A stretch of 64,000 nt of DNA from Mobula hypostoma (GCF_963921235.1 NC_086097.1:75394001-75458000); one strand, 5' to 3'; counted from the stretch's first letter, positions 37,465-52,100 are shown. Made by a program: numbers and translations. The notes: generated from the sequence alone by a model not told the origin.

Positions 37465-37960
37465 TCCGGAGGACACATATTAGTCCTCATCAAGGGGAAG
37501 GCTGTGGGAAGGGTGGGCATTTTCAAGCTCCTGGGTGTCAATGTCTTTGATCATTTATCGGGGGCCCTACATATAGATGCAATTACATGGAAAGCATGCC
37601 AGTATAGCTATACTTCATTAGGAGTTCAAAGAGATTTACCAGGGACTCTGGCAAATTTCTACAAATGTACTGTGGAGATAATTCTGACTGGTTATATCAC
37701 CATCTGCTCTGAATTGGAAAAAGCTGCAGAGGTCTACAAACACAGCCTGCTCCATCATGGGCACTAGCTTCCACACCTTTGAAGACATTTTCAATAAGTG
37801 ATACCTCAGAAAGGTGACATCCATTTTTAAGGGCATTTACAATCCAGAACATGCCCTGTTTTCAATGCTAGCATAGCAGAAGGGGTACAGGAGCCTAAAG
37901 GCACACACTCAATGTTTTAGAACGGCTTATTTCCCTCTGTCATCAGAACTGAGATATTGA
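37465..37960 (+). mobile_element. Rex/Babar-type LINE fragment
   Basis: FKLLGVNV..LANFYKCTVEIILTGYIT, homologous to 21560-22040. Confidence 0.8.
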
Positions 37961-40900
37961 GAACTAGTGTGCCAGTAATATGGGGGAACATAGGGAGAAT
38001 AAATAGGATTAGTGTAGATGGGTGTTTGATGGTCAGCAGGAGTATTACGGCCAAATAGCCCATTTCCTTGCTGCCTAACTGTATGATACTGGAGAAGGAA
38101 GAAAACTAGTCCTGGATTACATTGCATTATCTCACTCAATGTGCCTATTGTTCATGCTCAGGGTTCAAAATGTTAACAACACATCTGAGTCGGGCCATGC
38201 ATTGTTGTTATGACTAAATATTGAGCAAAATCAAAGAAAACAATCCCAGTGCATCAATAAGAATGTCAGAATGCCACTTAAGAAGAAAAACAAACTTTAA
38301 TTTATTCATTTGCTGTAAATTAACAATGCTAGAGTAATCCCTCACATGGAATAAAAGACATCGATTCGTTGCTTGGGCTACCAATAGGGGTCTATACGTA
38401 ACCCATTTATAGTCATCTGTTATTGTTAAAGATTTGGGAGCCATGTGTTACAATCCCTAATTTTAATTTCAATTAACCAAATTTGGGACACTCATACGTC
38501 ATTCATGACGCCCACCTCCTGACATTTCCATTAAAAAAAAGAGTGATGATTATCAGCTTGGATCCCTTAGTGGAAGGGGCTCAAGAACCTTATCAAGTGT
38601 CACATTCCTTGGGCCAATGTACAGTCCATTTGTATGGTGGCTTGGTCTATAAGTTTATATATGCAATCCACCTTGTGTTCTCAGTCCAATGTTGAATGTA
38701 CAAAAGAACAGATTATATTCTACCCTTGGACACATTAACTTACTGAGGCATTTACTTTCACAATCTGGGTTCAACGGCTCTGTGGTGACAGGAGAACAAA
38801 AACTAGACCACAGAATAATTACCGGACAATCCATTAAAAATCAAAACATACCTTTCACTTGCTATTCATACCACAGCTGTAACATTTTAGCCTTTATTTC
38901 AAAATTGCCTTGTGTTCAATAGATAGTCATAAGTCTTTGTCTATAACTCTGAATTGTCTTGTACTTTTGATATGGAAGAACCAGTTAGTTGTCAGGACAC
39001 TTACAGTTCCATATTTACATATAAAGCCTCCTCCTACTCCAGGGTCTCAAATTCCCAGTTCTTTATTGTAACATTTGATAACCATGGGCTCTCCCATTGC
39101 CCCTTTTTGATTGACCTTGTCAGAAATACTCGTTACTTAGATTTGATAACGGTGACATATACTGATGTATTTTAATTATTCATTGTTATGAAGCAGGTAA
39201 AAGGATGCTTTTCAAGCATTTAGGTAAAATTTGGTCAGGCTACTTTTCTAAATAGGAAAAAAATCAGAGGCAAAAATGTTAGTGCTAGTTTAACTGCTGC
39301 TCATTCTCAAGTTCCAGTGGGAAAATGTAATCCATTATGTTGAACAGATTAATTATTTTACAGTCATAAATTAGTAGTTGAAGATTAAAACCTTGGTGGT
39401 TTACAGGATTAACACTTATTTGTAGTGTTGAATTGAAGTGAGCTTTGGTGCCTTGAAAACCTTTGCCGTGTTATGAAGATTACTTTCTCCTCCTGGATTC
39501 TTTGTGACCTTTGCATGACTTGTTAAAGGTTTATAAATCCACTTTTCTGCATTTTGTTTTAAAACACACTGGGAAAGCCTCCTCGCACTGATGGCTGTCG
39601 ATGGATTTTGAACTACACTTGTGAGGTTGCACAGGGACAGACTTACTGCCTCTGTCAGTGTCCTGCCTTCCTAGTTAGTGCAGGAAGCCGTGTGATGTCA
39701 ACTCTCCCCGAGGAATACACTGATTTCAATTATCTTTTTTTTTAAAGACAGCCCTATCAAATGTCTTCCAGCACTTTTTTTTAAACATGAACTCTTCCTA
39801 TTAAAAGTGCAATAAATTAATTTAATATTAAGCAATAGGTAAATGAACTGTAACTCCTGATTCTGTGTTATGGCAGATTTATCATTTAGAAAATCATTTC
39901 AGATCACTGAGGACAAGTTAAGGTGGAGCGGCTGAGTAACTTTCTCTTTCTGTCATATTACCCAGTCTTCTTTTGAATGATTTTCTAATTCCTCAGTCTC
40001 CCTTTGGTCACACCACTTGCTCCTCTATGGTCACCTCTGAGAAGATTAACCCTTTCATTAGGAAGCCTGACCAGGGTCAAACTGCTGCTTGGCTTCAGAA
40101 CCCTTGCTCCCTTTGATCTATCAAGGACGGAGAAATTATTAGCAAATTCTAAGCCTTCCCATGTGATCTGTTTTTTGTAAATTTGTAAAAATTATTCCTA
40201 ATCCTATTATGTGGCCCAGGGCAAACCTGCACTAAATATATGAGACCTTTGTTATGCAGCAGCAAGATGATAAAGGAATTCTGAATCTGGTCCCATTCCG
40301 AGTTATGGGAAGCTGGACACTTCATCAGCATTCGCTAATCCTTTGCCATGGCCAACACCTTTGATGAATGCTTTCATTTATGACCATTGATGCCACTCAC
40401 TTAATTTTGCAAGGCGAAAAAAAAACACTTGGCTTTTTTTTTGGTTAGTATTGGATTTTAATGCACTTTTAGACAGAGTTGGAGAATTGTGAATGCTTCT
40501 GTGTGATATCTGCACGCTCATTATTCAACCATATATCTTATTAATCAGAGATAGGAAAATTAGAATTTTACATCTCCCATCTCTTCTTTTCAACGCAGAC
40601 ACCTTGCAGACAAAAGTCACTGTCTTAACCCAAATTCTAGTTGACAATGCGTATCAGCCCTTGCTATTTTCAGTCATTGTTGTGCCAATCTTGTATCTAC
40701 CCACGGACATTTTTTCAAAGAAAGAGTGGATTTCCTAGAGACTCTACCCCACGCAACTTCCACAGCTTTTATTGTAGAAAAAGGAAAACCTGTATTTTTT
40801 TTCTCTCCTGTTTTAGAACTGTCGCTCAGTAGGTCATTCTTGCTGATTAAACTGGTCTTTCACAATTAAGACAGTGTGTTACAGCTACTGCTTGTTTGCA

Positions 40901-43900
40901 AAAAAATACTTTCAAAAGCAAAGGTGAGCTTATTTCTAAATCGTTCATACCTTTTTTTATTAATTTGTTATCGTTGTTGTAATATTGAAAAATGTGCTGG
41001 TTCTAAGCTACTAAAATGTAGGGTAGAGAATCTGTCCAGCAATTATTGTTCAATAAACAATCAAATCGAGAAGTAGTGTCTATAAGTGCCACCATCGTTT
41101 TGATTTCTGATCTACTGGGTTGTGAACCGTGTAACATATCAAGGTCATTGTCAAATAATTAGTGAATTTTGATTGCCAAAAAGCCAATTCTTTTAAAATT
41201 GTACCACAATTATACAGGGAGTACGAATCCCATCCCTTTGTGTTTGTCATCACTTGGCTGTGAAAGAAGATCATTTTAACATTGACAATAAACACGTTTA
41301 AAATTATTGCTCACAAAATTCTCGATTTTGTTAACCCTGCTGGAAACTACAGTTTGCCTCCTAAACAGATACCTTCATTTATTTATCAAGATGTACTTTC
41401 TGCTGATCTTTAGCATTATAATTTCATGAGAGATTAAATTTTTCAAGCAGCATTACATTAGCTTTTTCCACACGAGTGACTCTATGCCTGCTTGAAGTGA
41501 GTAATGTAAAAAAATTCTGAGCCTGAGGTAAGTGTATAACATTTAAAAAATATTATTCCCTAAAGCAAGTACATTTTTAAACAACAACAGGTCTGCAGAG
41601 GCATGGATCACAGAAAATGATTGAGGGGCTGAGGTTCCTGTGTCATAGGTAATGTTTCAAAACAAGGTGCACTTGATTTCTCTTAAATGTATTCAGAAAA
41701 AAGTGAATAATAAACTTGTCTTGACAGTTCCTGCAGCAACTTGTGATTGTGGCTGAGACATGCTGGTGAAATCCTTGCAACACCAGCATCCTTCCTTTTT
41801 ACAATGCTGTGTTTCAGCTCCTTTTTTTAAAAATAAAAATCCAGCTGCTGTCCATCAGGCATCAATCCCACTTCTTAAATTTAAAAAATTAACTAACCTT
41901 CCACATCCTAAAAATGACAAATTTTAGCTCGCTCCTTTGATAGATTAATGAAGCATTTCATTTTCCATTGAACTAAATGGAGAATGAAGCTCTGCAGGTA
42001 TTGACATCATATGAGTGTGCAGGTATGTCTTTATGCCGTATACAGTCACATGTTCACAATGTCAGAAGTGCTTCCTATTCTTGGGAATAATCAATTGAGT
42101 TCATTCTGTTGCCCTCACCATCATAAATATTGCTTCAAAATTTTTGACTGTTTGATTTTCAAAGATTAAGCCTATTTTAAATTTATAAGAAGTTAGTTCC
42201 CTGGGAAAGTCGAGGTTTACTAGTTACAGTTTGTAAATGTTTTACGGACAGTGGAAAGCTGAGGCAATAACTGATCCAATTCATGTAGTTATCCCGGGTT
42301 TATGAACTCCAGGGGCTTTTTGCCCTGAGCTATGGGCAAGGGACAGCAGAGGTTTCATGAACTAAAAGCAAAGAGCAAACTTCACTTTTGCCACCAGCTT
42401 ATGTGTGTTGGGTACAATTGTCCAGACATCTAATTAAATGATTGAATTTATCCTCCGTTGTTGCCTGAGGTTTTTTTTTCTTGACTCCATTACAGCAGCT
42501 GTGGAACAAAACAATGGAAGGTTGTGAGACAGCACTAAATGCAACAGCATTACAGTGCACCAACCTAATCGGAGCTTTTTATCCTTGCCCATAATCTAAT
42601 TAATTACGCACAACTAGGATGCACACTTGGATTCATTTTGGATTTCAGATTACAATCTCCCCCTTCATCATAGCGCAAAATTAGCCTGACTCCAAGTCCA
42701 AATTCCACAGCTTAAAGAAAAAGGGAAAAAGTACTGTTTAAGAAATAAATTGAGCAAATGGACTATATGAGTACAGAGCATTGGAAGTCTCAGGCATTGA
42801 ACCCAGCTCTGCAAAAGAAACGAACGTATTAAGTGACTGACACCATCCCTAGCCATTAGGTAAACGGTTAGCCACAGGAGTGACACTGAAAGTGAACCGG
42901 AGTCAGGCACATGCAGCTTCAAAGCAAATGAAACTGGTTTTATCCAAAAAAGAATGTAAAACCCCAAATTTATCACTCCTTATAGATGCTGATTTTATAA
43001 GCCGGTGTGAAGGAACATCATATTGTGCATAGGGGGACAGACTTAAAGATCAACTCCAGTACATGTGAACATTCACTATTCTTAAACACACAGGTTCTTC
43101 TGGAGTTTGCTGTGGAAATTAACTCTGATTTTTATGAACAAATTAGATTCGCTCCTGCTCTACATTTCAATAAAGGGAACATAACATGGAGGAACCAGAT
43201 CTTTCTGTTGAGACTGTTCCCTGAGCAAAAGATTGCAAACTGAAGTTTGCAGCACAACTAAAATTATCGCAGAAATCTGGATCATACAAATATTTCCATA
43301 AAAAGCTGCCTGATTCAGAGCTTCAGTTTGAAAAATACTAACAGAAAGAAAAAAGGTTATCATCCCATTGATACATTCTGTGGTGTCAGTCTATCACATA
43401 GCAGAATGCAGTAAGCTTATTAACCCTTACCCTGGTGCACAAATGGGAAATCCTTGAGGTTAGCACAACAAATGCTGTGAGGGACACTTAATGGGATTGT
43501 GACATTTGCTATAGCTCACACTTTGAGATGCATTAAATTAAAAGGAGAAAAATCTTCTCTGCCTGGCATCTAAATGACAGTAACAAATGGTTAACAGTCT
43601 GCTACAGAAACACTGGTGTTTACCTCCTACATTTCATTTGGCTGCAGAGGGTACAGTACTGCTAAACTACAGAAATTAACCTGGCATCAAAGCCATTGAT
43701 ATGAAAAATTGCCAACAGGAAGCATTTTGCAAATATTTCTGAGAAATACAAGTTGATCCCATTTGTTTTGAACAGTGCCAAATACACGGGTTTCTAAGCA
43801 ATGCAAGGCAAAATGTTTAACAGAATAAAGATAACAATGATTGCACAACACAGGGAAGTGTAACAGACCAGACTGGAATAACCTGCAGAAATAAATCTTA

Positions 43901-44961
43901 CAGGGGCAGAAATAATCTAGGTATGCTGGAGTGCATATCTTCCTCAATTGTTCCTCGCAATAGCTTTTACTGAATCAATTGCAGTAAGTCTTTTTTTTAT
44001 CCAGCAGATACTTGCAGCAATAGTTGACAAATTTTGGGTTTTGAAACTGTAATGAATGCCTAATAATGAAATTGTCAAGATGTCATCATTATTTATAACA
44101 CAGTGTATAAAGCCATGAGCATTTTATTTGTGATTCACTCAAGTATGGAGGTTCCAACAGTGGTTTGTTGTGGACGCATTTAGAACCAACATGCTCCTCT
44201 CTTGCCAGAATGAGCCCTCCCTTCCTACTGAAATAGTGTGGGATCACACGGGCTGCATTACCCTCAGCAGGTGGAGAACTTTGAAATTCTGTTGTGCATA
44301 CACTGATGTTTGTGTATGGCCTGGAGTTTTTATCGCCTCCAGAATAGTCTATGATAAATTTTTACAGCTACACAAGTGAAAAGTGTTTTCATAACTATAT
44401 GCATGTATAGATTTCTATTAAATAACTTCTAATCACAATGTTAGATTTATTTTTGTGTGCCTGAATAACTTTTAAAATACTAACTGCAATTTTTTTGCCT
44501 CAGAATTGCAGGATCTAGTAAAGAGGTTGTGATTGATCATAAGCAGTTCACTCCACCAGAACCAATACATTGTCATTGAACTCCTACTTTCGTGAGCCAA
44601 GTAGTTTCGCACTTCTAGGCTGCATTCACATATTGGATTTTAAACTTTTTTTTTGTAAAGGTAATCTCCATGATCCCAGCTCCTGTTATATTCTTCAACT
44701 GCCTATGTAATAAATTAGTTGCAATATAAATGTGAAGAGCCATTGTGAGGTATTAGGAGGCACTTTCCCTTCGTCCCTGGAGAATCTAAACCCTGCTGTC
44801 ATTTATGTGCTTTTGGCTTAAGGTGACATATATATGGGAGGGAAAACTCTTTATTACAGATAAAGTCTACACACTGCTCCCTGTAGTGAGCTCAACACCT
44901 ACATAAACATTCTGAGAAACCATTTAAATCAGGGGATTAAACCATATTTGTCCTATAAATA

Positions 44962-45837
44962 TATTCAAGATTGTTTAATGTCATTTCCAGTACACAAGTG
45001 TAAAGGAGAATGAAATAATTGTTACTCCAGATCTGATGCAGCACAAAAAAACACAATAATAATAAAAACACAATGAATATAAATAGATTGACTGTAGGTC
45101 CATAAAGTGACACTGGGCACAGGAGTGTCTGTACATAATGTGACTGACAGGAAATGATAAAGCTAGGGTGGTTGTTAATGTGGAGGGGGTGAGTTAGTGG
45201 GTGAAGGTGTTGATCAGTCTTACTGCTTGGGGATAGTAACTGCTTTGGTGTCTGGTGATCCTGGTGTGGATGCTATGCAGCCTTCTCCCCAATGGGAATG
45301 GGACAAACAGTCCATGAGCAGAGCGGGTGGGATCCTTCATGATGTTACTGGCCTCTTCCCAGCACCTTTCTGTATATATGGCGGTAGGCTGGTGCTGGTG
45401 ATGCTTTGGGCAGTTTTGACTATCCACTGTAGAGACTTCCTGTCTGCCATAGTGCAATTTCCATACCAAGCAGTGATGCTCTCTACTGAGCATCTGCAAA
45501 ATGACGTGAATATAGATGTACATAGTCCAGCTCCTTACACTCTCCACAGAAAATAGAGGTGTTGCAAAGCTTTTCTGATTGTGTAGGATGTGTTCTGGGA
45601 CCATGAGAGGTTGTGTGAGATGTGCACTCCCAGGAGTTTGAAATTGCTCTTTCCACCAATGGAAAGAGGGATGTGAGTGGTACAAGTTCTTCTGAAGTAG
45701 ATAACCATCTCCTTTGTCTTGTTGACACTGAGGAAGAGGTTATTTGCCTAGAACCTGGCCTCAAATTCTTCCTCCTCTGCTCTGTAGGCTGTCTCATCGT
45801 TGTTGGTGATAAGCCCCACCACTGCCATGTCATCAGT
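44962..45837 (-). mobile_element. Rex/Babar-type LINE 3' fragment
   Basis: DDMAVVGLIT at its 5' end, plus SITAWYGNCT and IMKDPTRSAHGLF..SYYPQAVRL. Confidence 0.85.
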
Positions 45838-46059
45838 GGTTTAAGCCATATTTTTTCTATAAAGATATTCCTACAGGGAAAATAGAATTCCATACAAAAA
45901 AAATCCCAATTGTAAAAGAGAAAGAACATTGAGATGCTAAAGATGCATTAGTTTTGAAAATTGAAAGCAGCATAATTTAGTGTGATCTATGTTTTCACTT
46001 AACTGGAGATGATGTGATAAGCTTCAGCATTGCTAGTGACATAAAATTAACTGTTGTAG

Positions 46060-46730
46060 ATCCAATGGTCAGTGATCCATTATCATATACCCAATAGCCA
46101 ATATCCATCGCCATGTACCCAATGGTCAGTATCCATCATCATGTATCCAAAGGCCAATGTTCCATCATCATGTACCCAATGGCCAATGTTCATCGTCATG
46201 TACCCAATGGCCAATGATCCATCATCATGTAGCCAATGGTCAATATCCATCATCATGTACCCAATAGCCAATATCCATCATGATGTACCCAATAGCCAAT
46301 GTCCATCATCATGTGCCCAATGGCCAATGTTCATCGTCATGTATCCAATAGCTAATATTCGTCATCATGTAGCCAATGGTCAATATCCATCATCATGTAC
46401 CCAAAGGTGAATGGCCATCATTATATACCTAATGGTGAATGTCCATCATCATGTACCCAATGGCCAATGATCCATTATCATGTACCCAATTGGTAATAGC
46501 CATCATCATGGCCCCAAAGCCAATATCCATCATCATGTACCCAAAGGTGAATGGCCATCATTATGTACCTAATGGTGAATGTCCATCATCATGTACCCAA
46601 TGGCCAATGATCCATTATCATGTACCCAATTGGCAATAGCCATCATCATGGCCCCGCAGCCAATATCTATCATCATGTGCCCAAAGGCAAATGTCCATCA
46701 TCATGGACCCAAAGGCCAATGTCCATCAGT
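46060..46730. repeat. minisatellite, 28-29-bp unit, ~23 copies
   Basis: Consensus ccatcatcatgtacccaatggccaatgt. Confidence 0.95.
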
Positions 46731-48784
46731 TATATATTGAAGGATTATTAGCAATTCATTGTAAACATAAAACTAAATGTCCATTTGATATACACCCAAT
46801 AATCAGTGGCAATCCTGTTTAGAGTAGAAGACTAGTTATAATCACTTATGGGCCTATTGCTCAATGCTGTCTGCTGTAAACCCTAAATAAAAATGATAGG
46901 TGTACATGATCAGATGAATGGCCTAGACCTGTTTTGAGTTGCCACTAATTCTATTTTTAGGATAAAATTGGGATATTATTGGGATATTTATTTATGTATT
47001 TATTTATCCTAATGATTATTAGGATGAAATGACCTTCCACGCTGTCTTGGTCTAATGGAAATCGTTCATTCAAAATTCAGAGCATAGCGGTAGATATGAT
47101 AGGAACATATAAACACTGACATGCTTTTTACTATCTATAAGAATTTTGGGTAGCAAAAACTATGTCAACCAATCATACTAACTGGATAAGACTTAGGCAT
47201 GACAGGCTTTTTTTTGTTATTATTATGTTGTCCCTTCATCCCAGTTCCAGGAATCCAATATTTGAGTGGGTTCTCTCAAACATTGAACTTCCCATATCAA
47301 AGTTAATTAAAATATAATATAAAAATAACTTTTAACCACAACTGTCTGCCTTTTTGTTGCATATCTCATTCTTACTCTCCAGAAGGATATCTAATAATCT
47401 CTTGAATGAATTTAGGCGACTGCTTCAAGAAAATTTGCTATTGTCGGTGTAGCAAGCTCAACACATTAGGGTGTATATTCCAATTGGTTATTCCCAATTA
47501 ACAGGCACATAAAGTGAGCATAATTGATTGGATAAATGGGTAGAGATCAGTTATGCCAGGTTTCAACCCAATTAGTGTGTATCCACTTTTTCAAATGAGT
47601 TTCACACTGATACCAGAGGCACTTGACAAACTGTAGTATAATTATAGTAAAACTAAGCTTTGATTGTATAATTTAAATGCCAACCTACTTCTCTGGTGTT
47701 TATTCCAGACATATACCTGCCTCTAGAAGGTAGGTGTGCAGAGATTTTATAGTTTATCACTTGTGAAAGCAATGCCATTAGTAAGACTTGAGGCCTACTT
47801 GTCAATCTTTTTACATTGTTCCTTTTCTGCTTGTATTCGGTTTATCAGGAGGTTGAGCGCTTCCCACCAGCTTTTCCAATGGCAGTCGATGCTTCTTGCT
47901 TTGGAGGAGTGCAGCAGGATGCTCATGCATCAGACAGACACGGGATGCCTGCAGATTCCCTCTCACTCGCATTTGAGGGAAGAGGCACACCCAGTTGTTC
48001 GTAGCCAGGTTCACAGCCTCTGAATTGACAGGAAACATCAAATGCAGTGCAATGCTGTCCAAGGACGCCTGCAGCTAAAATGTGCCACAGATCTGACTGC
48101 TTCGTTGTCAGCAATGTTCAACTGTCCTCGAAGTAAGTGCTCTTCCATGTTGGCATACCACCATGTGTACTGAGGGGATTGCTCTGCGGACTGGCAAGTG
48201 GAATCACCTTCCTCAACGCACCTCTTTCAACACCATCTTGCTACTTTGCAGGCAGTAAAACCACAATGCAACGAATAAAGGAAAATGAATGGCTTACTAT
48301 TTACCCAGACTTCCAATATTACAATGCCCCTTACCATTATTGAAGTTATGCAACCCCAAATATTTAACCTTTAGATAGGCAATTATCACCCTAATAAATC
48401 TGGGGGTAAAAACGAATGGAATCAGTGAAAAACCTGATTCAGAAGATGCTCAGCTTTGAGCATCCACATTGGTTATGGGCACCTTCAACTCTATTGGCAC
48501 AGATAATGGTGGATATAGATAGTCCATGTAAAACTGGAAATTGAATCTTCTCCAGTGTGTTTGTGATCATCAGAACCAGGCGATGAAATGCATGGCAATA
48601 TATTTCTTGACGAACAAACATAAAAGAGGTACCACCTGTCACTCCTGGTGCGATTATCTGGCATAACACCCCAAAGTAAAACAAAAGTTGTTCCCCTCCA
48701 ATGTCATCACCCACTTCAAAACATCACCCACTTGAAAGAAAAACTAGTGTAATTAATGTTGCAGAAATATCACAAAATCGGCAA

Positions 48785-49035
48785 TCACTCTGCAGTGCCA
48801 GTGATCACTGATCAGGGTTTGGTTTCCACCGCTATCTCTAAGGAATTTGTACGTTCCACCCCAAACCGCATGGGCTTTCTTTGGGTACTCCAGTTTGCTC
48901 CCACATTCCAAGGCTGAACTGTAGGGTTAGTGAGCTGTGAACTATTCTACGTTTGTATGTTGGCGCCAGAAGCGTGCAAAACATGACTGCCCCCAGCAAA
49001 TTCTCGGACTGTATTAAACCGTTGATAAATAAAGC
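48785..49035 (+). mobile_element. degraded V-SINE
   Basis: taaggaatttgtacgttc..gcatgggctttctttgggtactccagtttgctcccacattccaagg, homologous to 63630-63705. Confidence 0.7.
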
Positions 49036-49984
49036 TCATCCTTAAATCGTTACATCAGTACAGCTGATAGTGAGAGGGAGGATGAGAGGCACAGTTTGTT
49101 CAGAGCGTTTCTCAACACTACCTTTCAATTAACCACATCTTTGGCCTGTGCAAATCATTTTGTGACCTTTTTTATATGACGATTATTTATTGTTACTCAG
49201 ACTTAAACAGTAACTTGGGAATAATAACGTTAAAAACCTTTATAAAGGCTACCTAACAATGTAATTTCATATGTGACCACACATCACATTAAAACTATAC
49301 AATACTCTTTCCTTTCTCTCCTCCAGCAATCTCCAAAGACTTTGCTAAATAAGGGCTAAGAGCCATCTATAGAACACTCCTGTGAAATCAGACCAAGCAC
49401 ACTAGCCAAATTTATCCAGTTTGAAGCCCTGACTGTATTCCTTATACATGGAACAATTAGTCATGCAGAGCATGAGCTACATTATCATCAGTCTTTTCAC
49501 TCACAATTCAAACACTGGATTAGAGTGACAGAGGAGTATGTAGTACGTGGTGAGATGGAGCAGTATGTCATGCTGTGGAGTGATGGAGATGGAGTGCCAT
49601 CATGTGTTGCCACAGAGATTTGATCTCCTCCTCGGCTGATTTATAAATCTCTGTTAATCAGCCGTAGGTGAGGTGCAGATTCCTCCCGTAAGTGCTGAGA
49701 TAGTTGCAAAGAGAATTCATCTTTGATCAATGTATGCTTGCTTGAAGTTGGCTCTGGACCGCACTGGAGACTGAAGTTAGCTTGTAATTATCCAAGGAAA
49801 CTAGAGAGAAAAAAGTCTTTTCAAATCTCATCATCGGTTCTAAAAAGAGAACATTATGACTTTGGTATGAGTGTTAAAGATTAAATATTCCTTGAGGCAA
49901 TTTAACTGGATATTATTGCTGTTAAGTCTAACTGATATCACACCACTGGAATTAACTATCAGATCATCTCTTACATCAAAGAAT

Positions 49985-50720
49985 GAAATTTCTCTTCCAC
50001 CACCGCCGATGCAGCCCTCACCCACATCTCCTCCATTTCCCACACTTCTGCTCTCATCTCATCCTTCTATCGTCATAACAGGGATAGGGTTCCCCTTATC
50101 CTTCCATAACACCCCATGAACCTCTGTATCCAGCACAACATTCTCCACAAGTTCCGCCATCTCCAATGAGATCCCACCACAAAGCATATATTTTCCTCCC
50201 ACCCCTGTCAGCTTTCCATATGGATCATTCTCCACATATCTCCCGTGTCAACTCATCCTTCCCACCCATTGATTTCCTTCTCGGCACTAATCCCTGCAAG
50301 CTCGACAAGTGCTACACCTACCCCTACAGCTCCTCCTTCACCATCGTTCAGGACCCAAACCATCCTTCCAGGTAAGGCAGCACCTCACCTGCGAGCCTGT
50401 CAGAGTCATCTATTACATCCAGTGCAGCCTCCTCTACATCGGTGAGATCCAGCGTAGATTGGGGAACAGCTATGTTGAGCACCTTCACTCTGTCCACTGT
50501 GAAAGGCAGGATCTCCCAGAGGCTCACGTTTCGATTTGACCTGGTCTCACCTATAACCTGCCACTTTGTACTCCTTTCCTTCAGCCACATTCTTATTCTG
50601 ACGCTGCCTCCTTCCTTTCCAGCCCCAATGTAGGGTCATGGCCCAAAACATTGGCTGTTTATTCCCCTCCATTGATGCTGCCTAACCCGCTGAGTTCCCC
50701 CGGCATTTTGCGGGTGTTGA
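49985..50720 (+). mobile_element. Penelope-like element fragment with GIY-YIG endonuclease and pLTR
   Basis: SFQVRQHLTCEPVRVIYYIQC..LYIGEIQRRLG..EH (50309-50539), followed by a pLTR with a degenerate hammerhead at 50620-50657. Confidence 0.85.
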
Positions 50721-52100
50721 TCATGTTTGGCAAAGCTGTGCCCTGTGGTGTTTTGTCAGGAGTTTAAACCAGAAATGCTTCTACTGGCAGTAAAAAAGAG
50801 AACACCAGAACACCAGCTGAGCGGAGCAGTGAAGCCCAAGTTAGAAGGAGAAAAGAGCATGAAGAAAGGCTGGAATACTCAGCAGATAATTTAGTACCTG
50901 TGAAGTGGCTGGACCAGTCAGTGTTTCAGGAGTGGAGCCTTTGTTCTTCCTATTTTCAATGCCGGAATCTCCTTTCTTGAAAACTCATGTCAGACTAACT
51001 TCAACACACTATGTCTATCTGGATAGGTGGCAACGTCATATATTTCCCTTCCTTCAGACAACAGAGCAGAAAATGAAGCAGGTCTTCACTGAGTTAAATT
51101 GGCTTCAAAAAAGAATTAGGAGAGGTAACAAAGAATATTCTATAGTTATTCCTAAGAATCCCCACTTTTAGATGTTGTTGAGAACATTTTTGTTTCTGCC
51201 TGTGCTCTGATCTCACCCAGATTTATCCCACCATGATTTCTCTTGGATAGCTCTCAAACATTGGGCTGCTTGTCTCTGACTGTTAGCGTATGACTAAATA
51301 CGGGAAAGATTAATCCATTCATTAGCCAAGGAAATTTGAAATTTGAACCAAACCACTGCAACATTGCTGTTATTTGCTGCCAGGCTCTGCCTCTGAGAGC
51401 AAGTCTGAACCATCAGTACGATAGCCTGTTTCTATCTCCCTAACATCACCGGCTCAAATCACACTGCAGAAATGCTCACGCTGATCATTATTTCTTTTTG
51501 TCTTCACAGTTCTAATTCAGTCTTAACCAGGCTCTCTGTTCTGCTCTTCATAATCTTGAGGTACGTTAAACTGTGAGCTCATCTCCAAACTCAGTCCATG
51601 GCTTGTTTCCCAAGCACTTGTTTCCTGACCACCGTGTGAATGTGGATTCCTTCAGGACCACCTCCCTGCCATACAGCCATCCCTCCTCAACAGCCCGACA
51701 AACCTCATTGTTCTTGCTGTTCTGGCCTCTTAAGCCTGCTGAATTCAATCGCACCACAACTGGTGCTAGGTGACTGTGATGGAGGTAGATCCTTTCATAG
51801 CTTTTAGGAAATATCTAGATATATTTGAACCACCGGGGCATAGCACATAAATGAGATTAGTATCAATGGTTAGCATGGATATCTAGGTTACATTCCTTGT
51901 TTCTGTGCTGTATGACTGAATGACTGGACATTAATATGTGCCACATCTACAGGCTTTTGGAGTTCCCTTCCTCGCCACCTCTCTTTTCCCCATTTGAGAC
52001 AGCCCTTAAAACCAATTGTCTAGTTGCATTCTTTGGCACCTCTTTACATGGGTTAGCATCAACAATCTGCTGGAGGAATTCAGTTGGTTGAACAGCATTA

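Noticed and set aside
46072..46639. Repetitive Cys/Pro/Trp ORFs
   Set aside because: They are translations of a 28-bp non-triplet minisatellite, cycling through frames.
47736..48343. Cluster of overlapping ORFs on both strands in GC-richer unique DNA
   Set aside because: No recognisable protein or convincing splice pair. It cannot be called an exon without RNA-seq or homology.
48705..48737. Short ~17-bp tandem duplication (a similar one at ~13995-14022)
   Set aside because: Ordinary slippage-type duplications.
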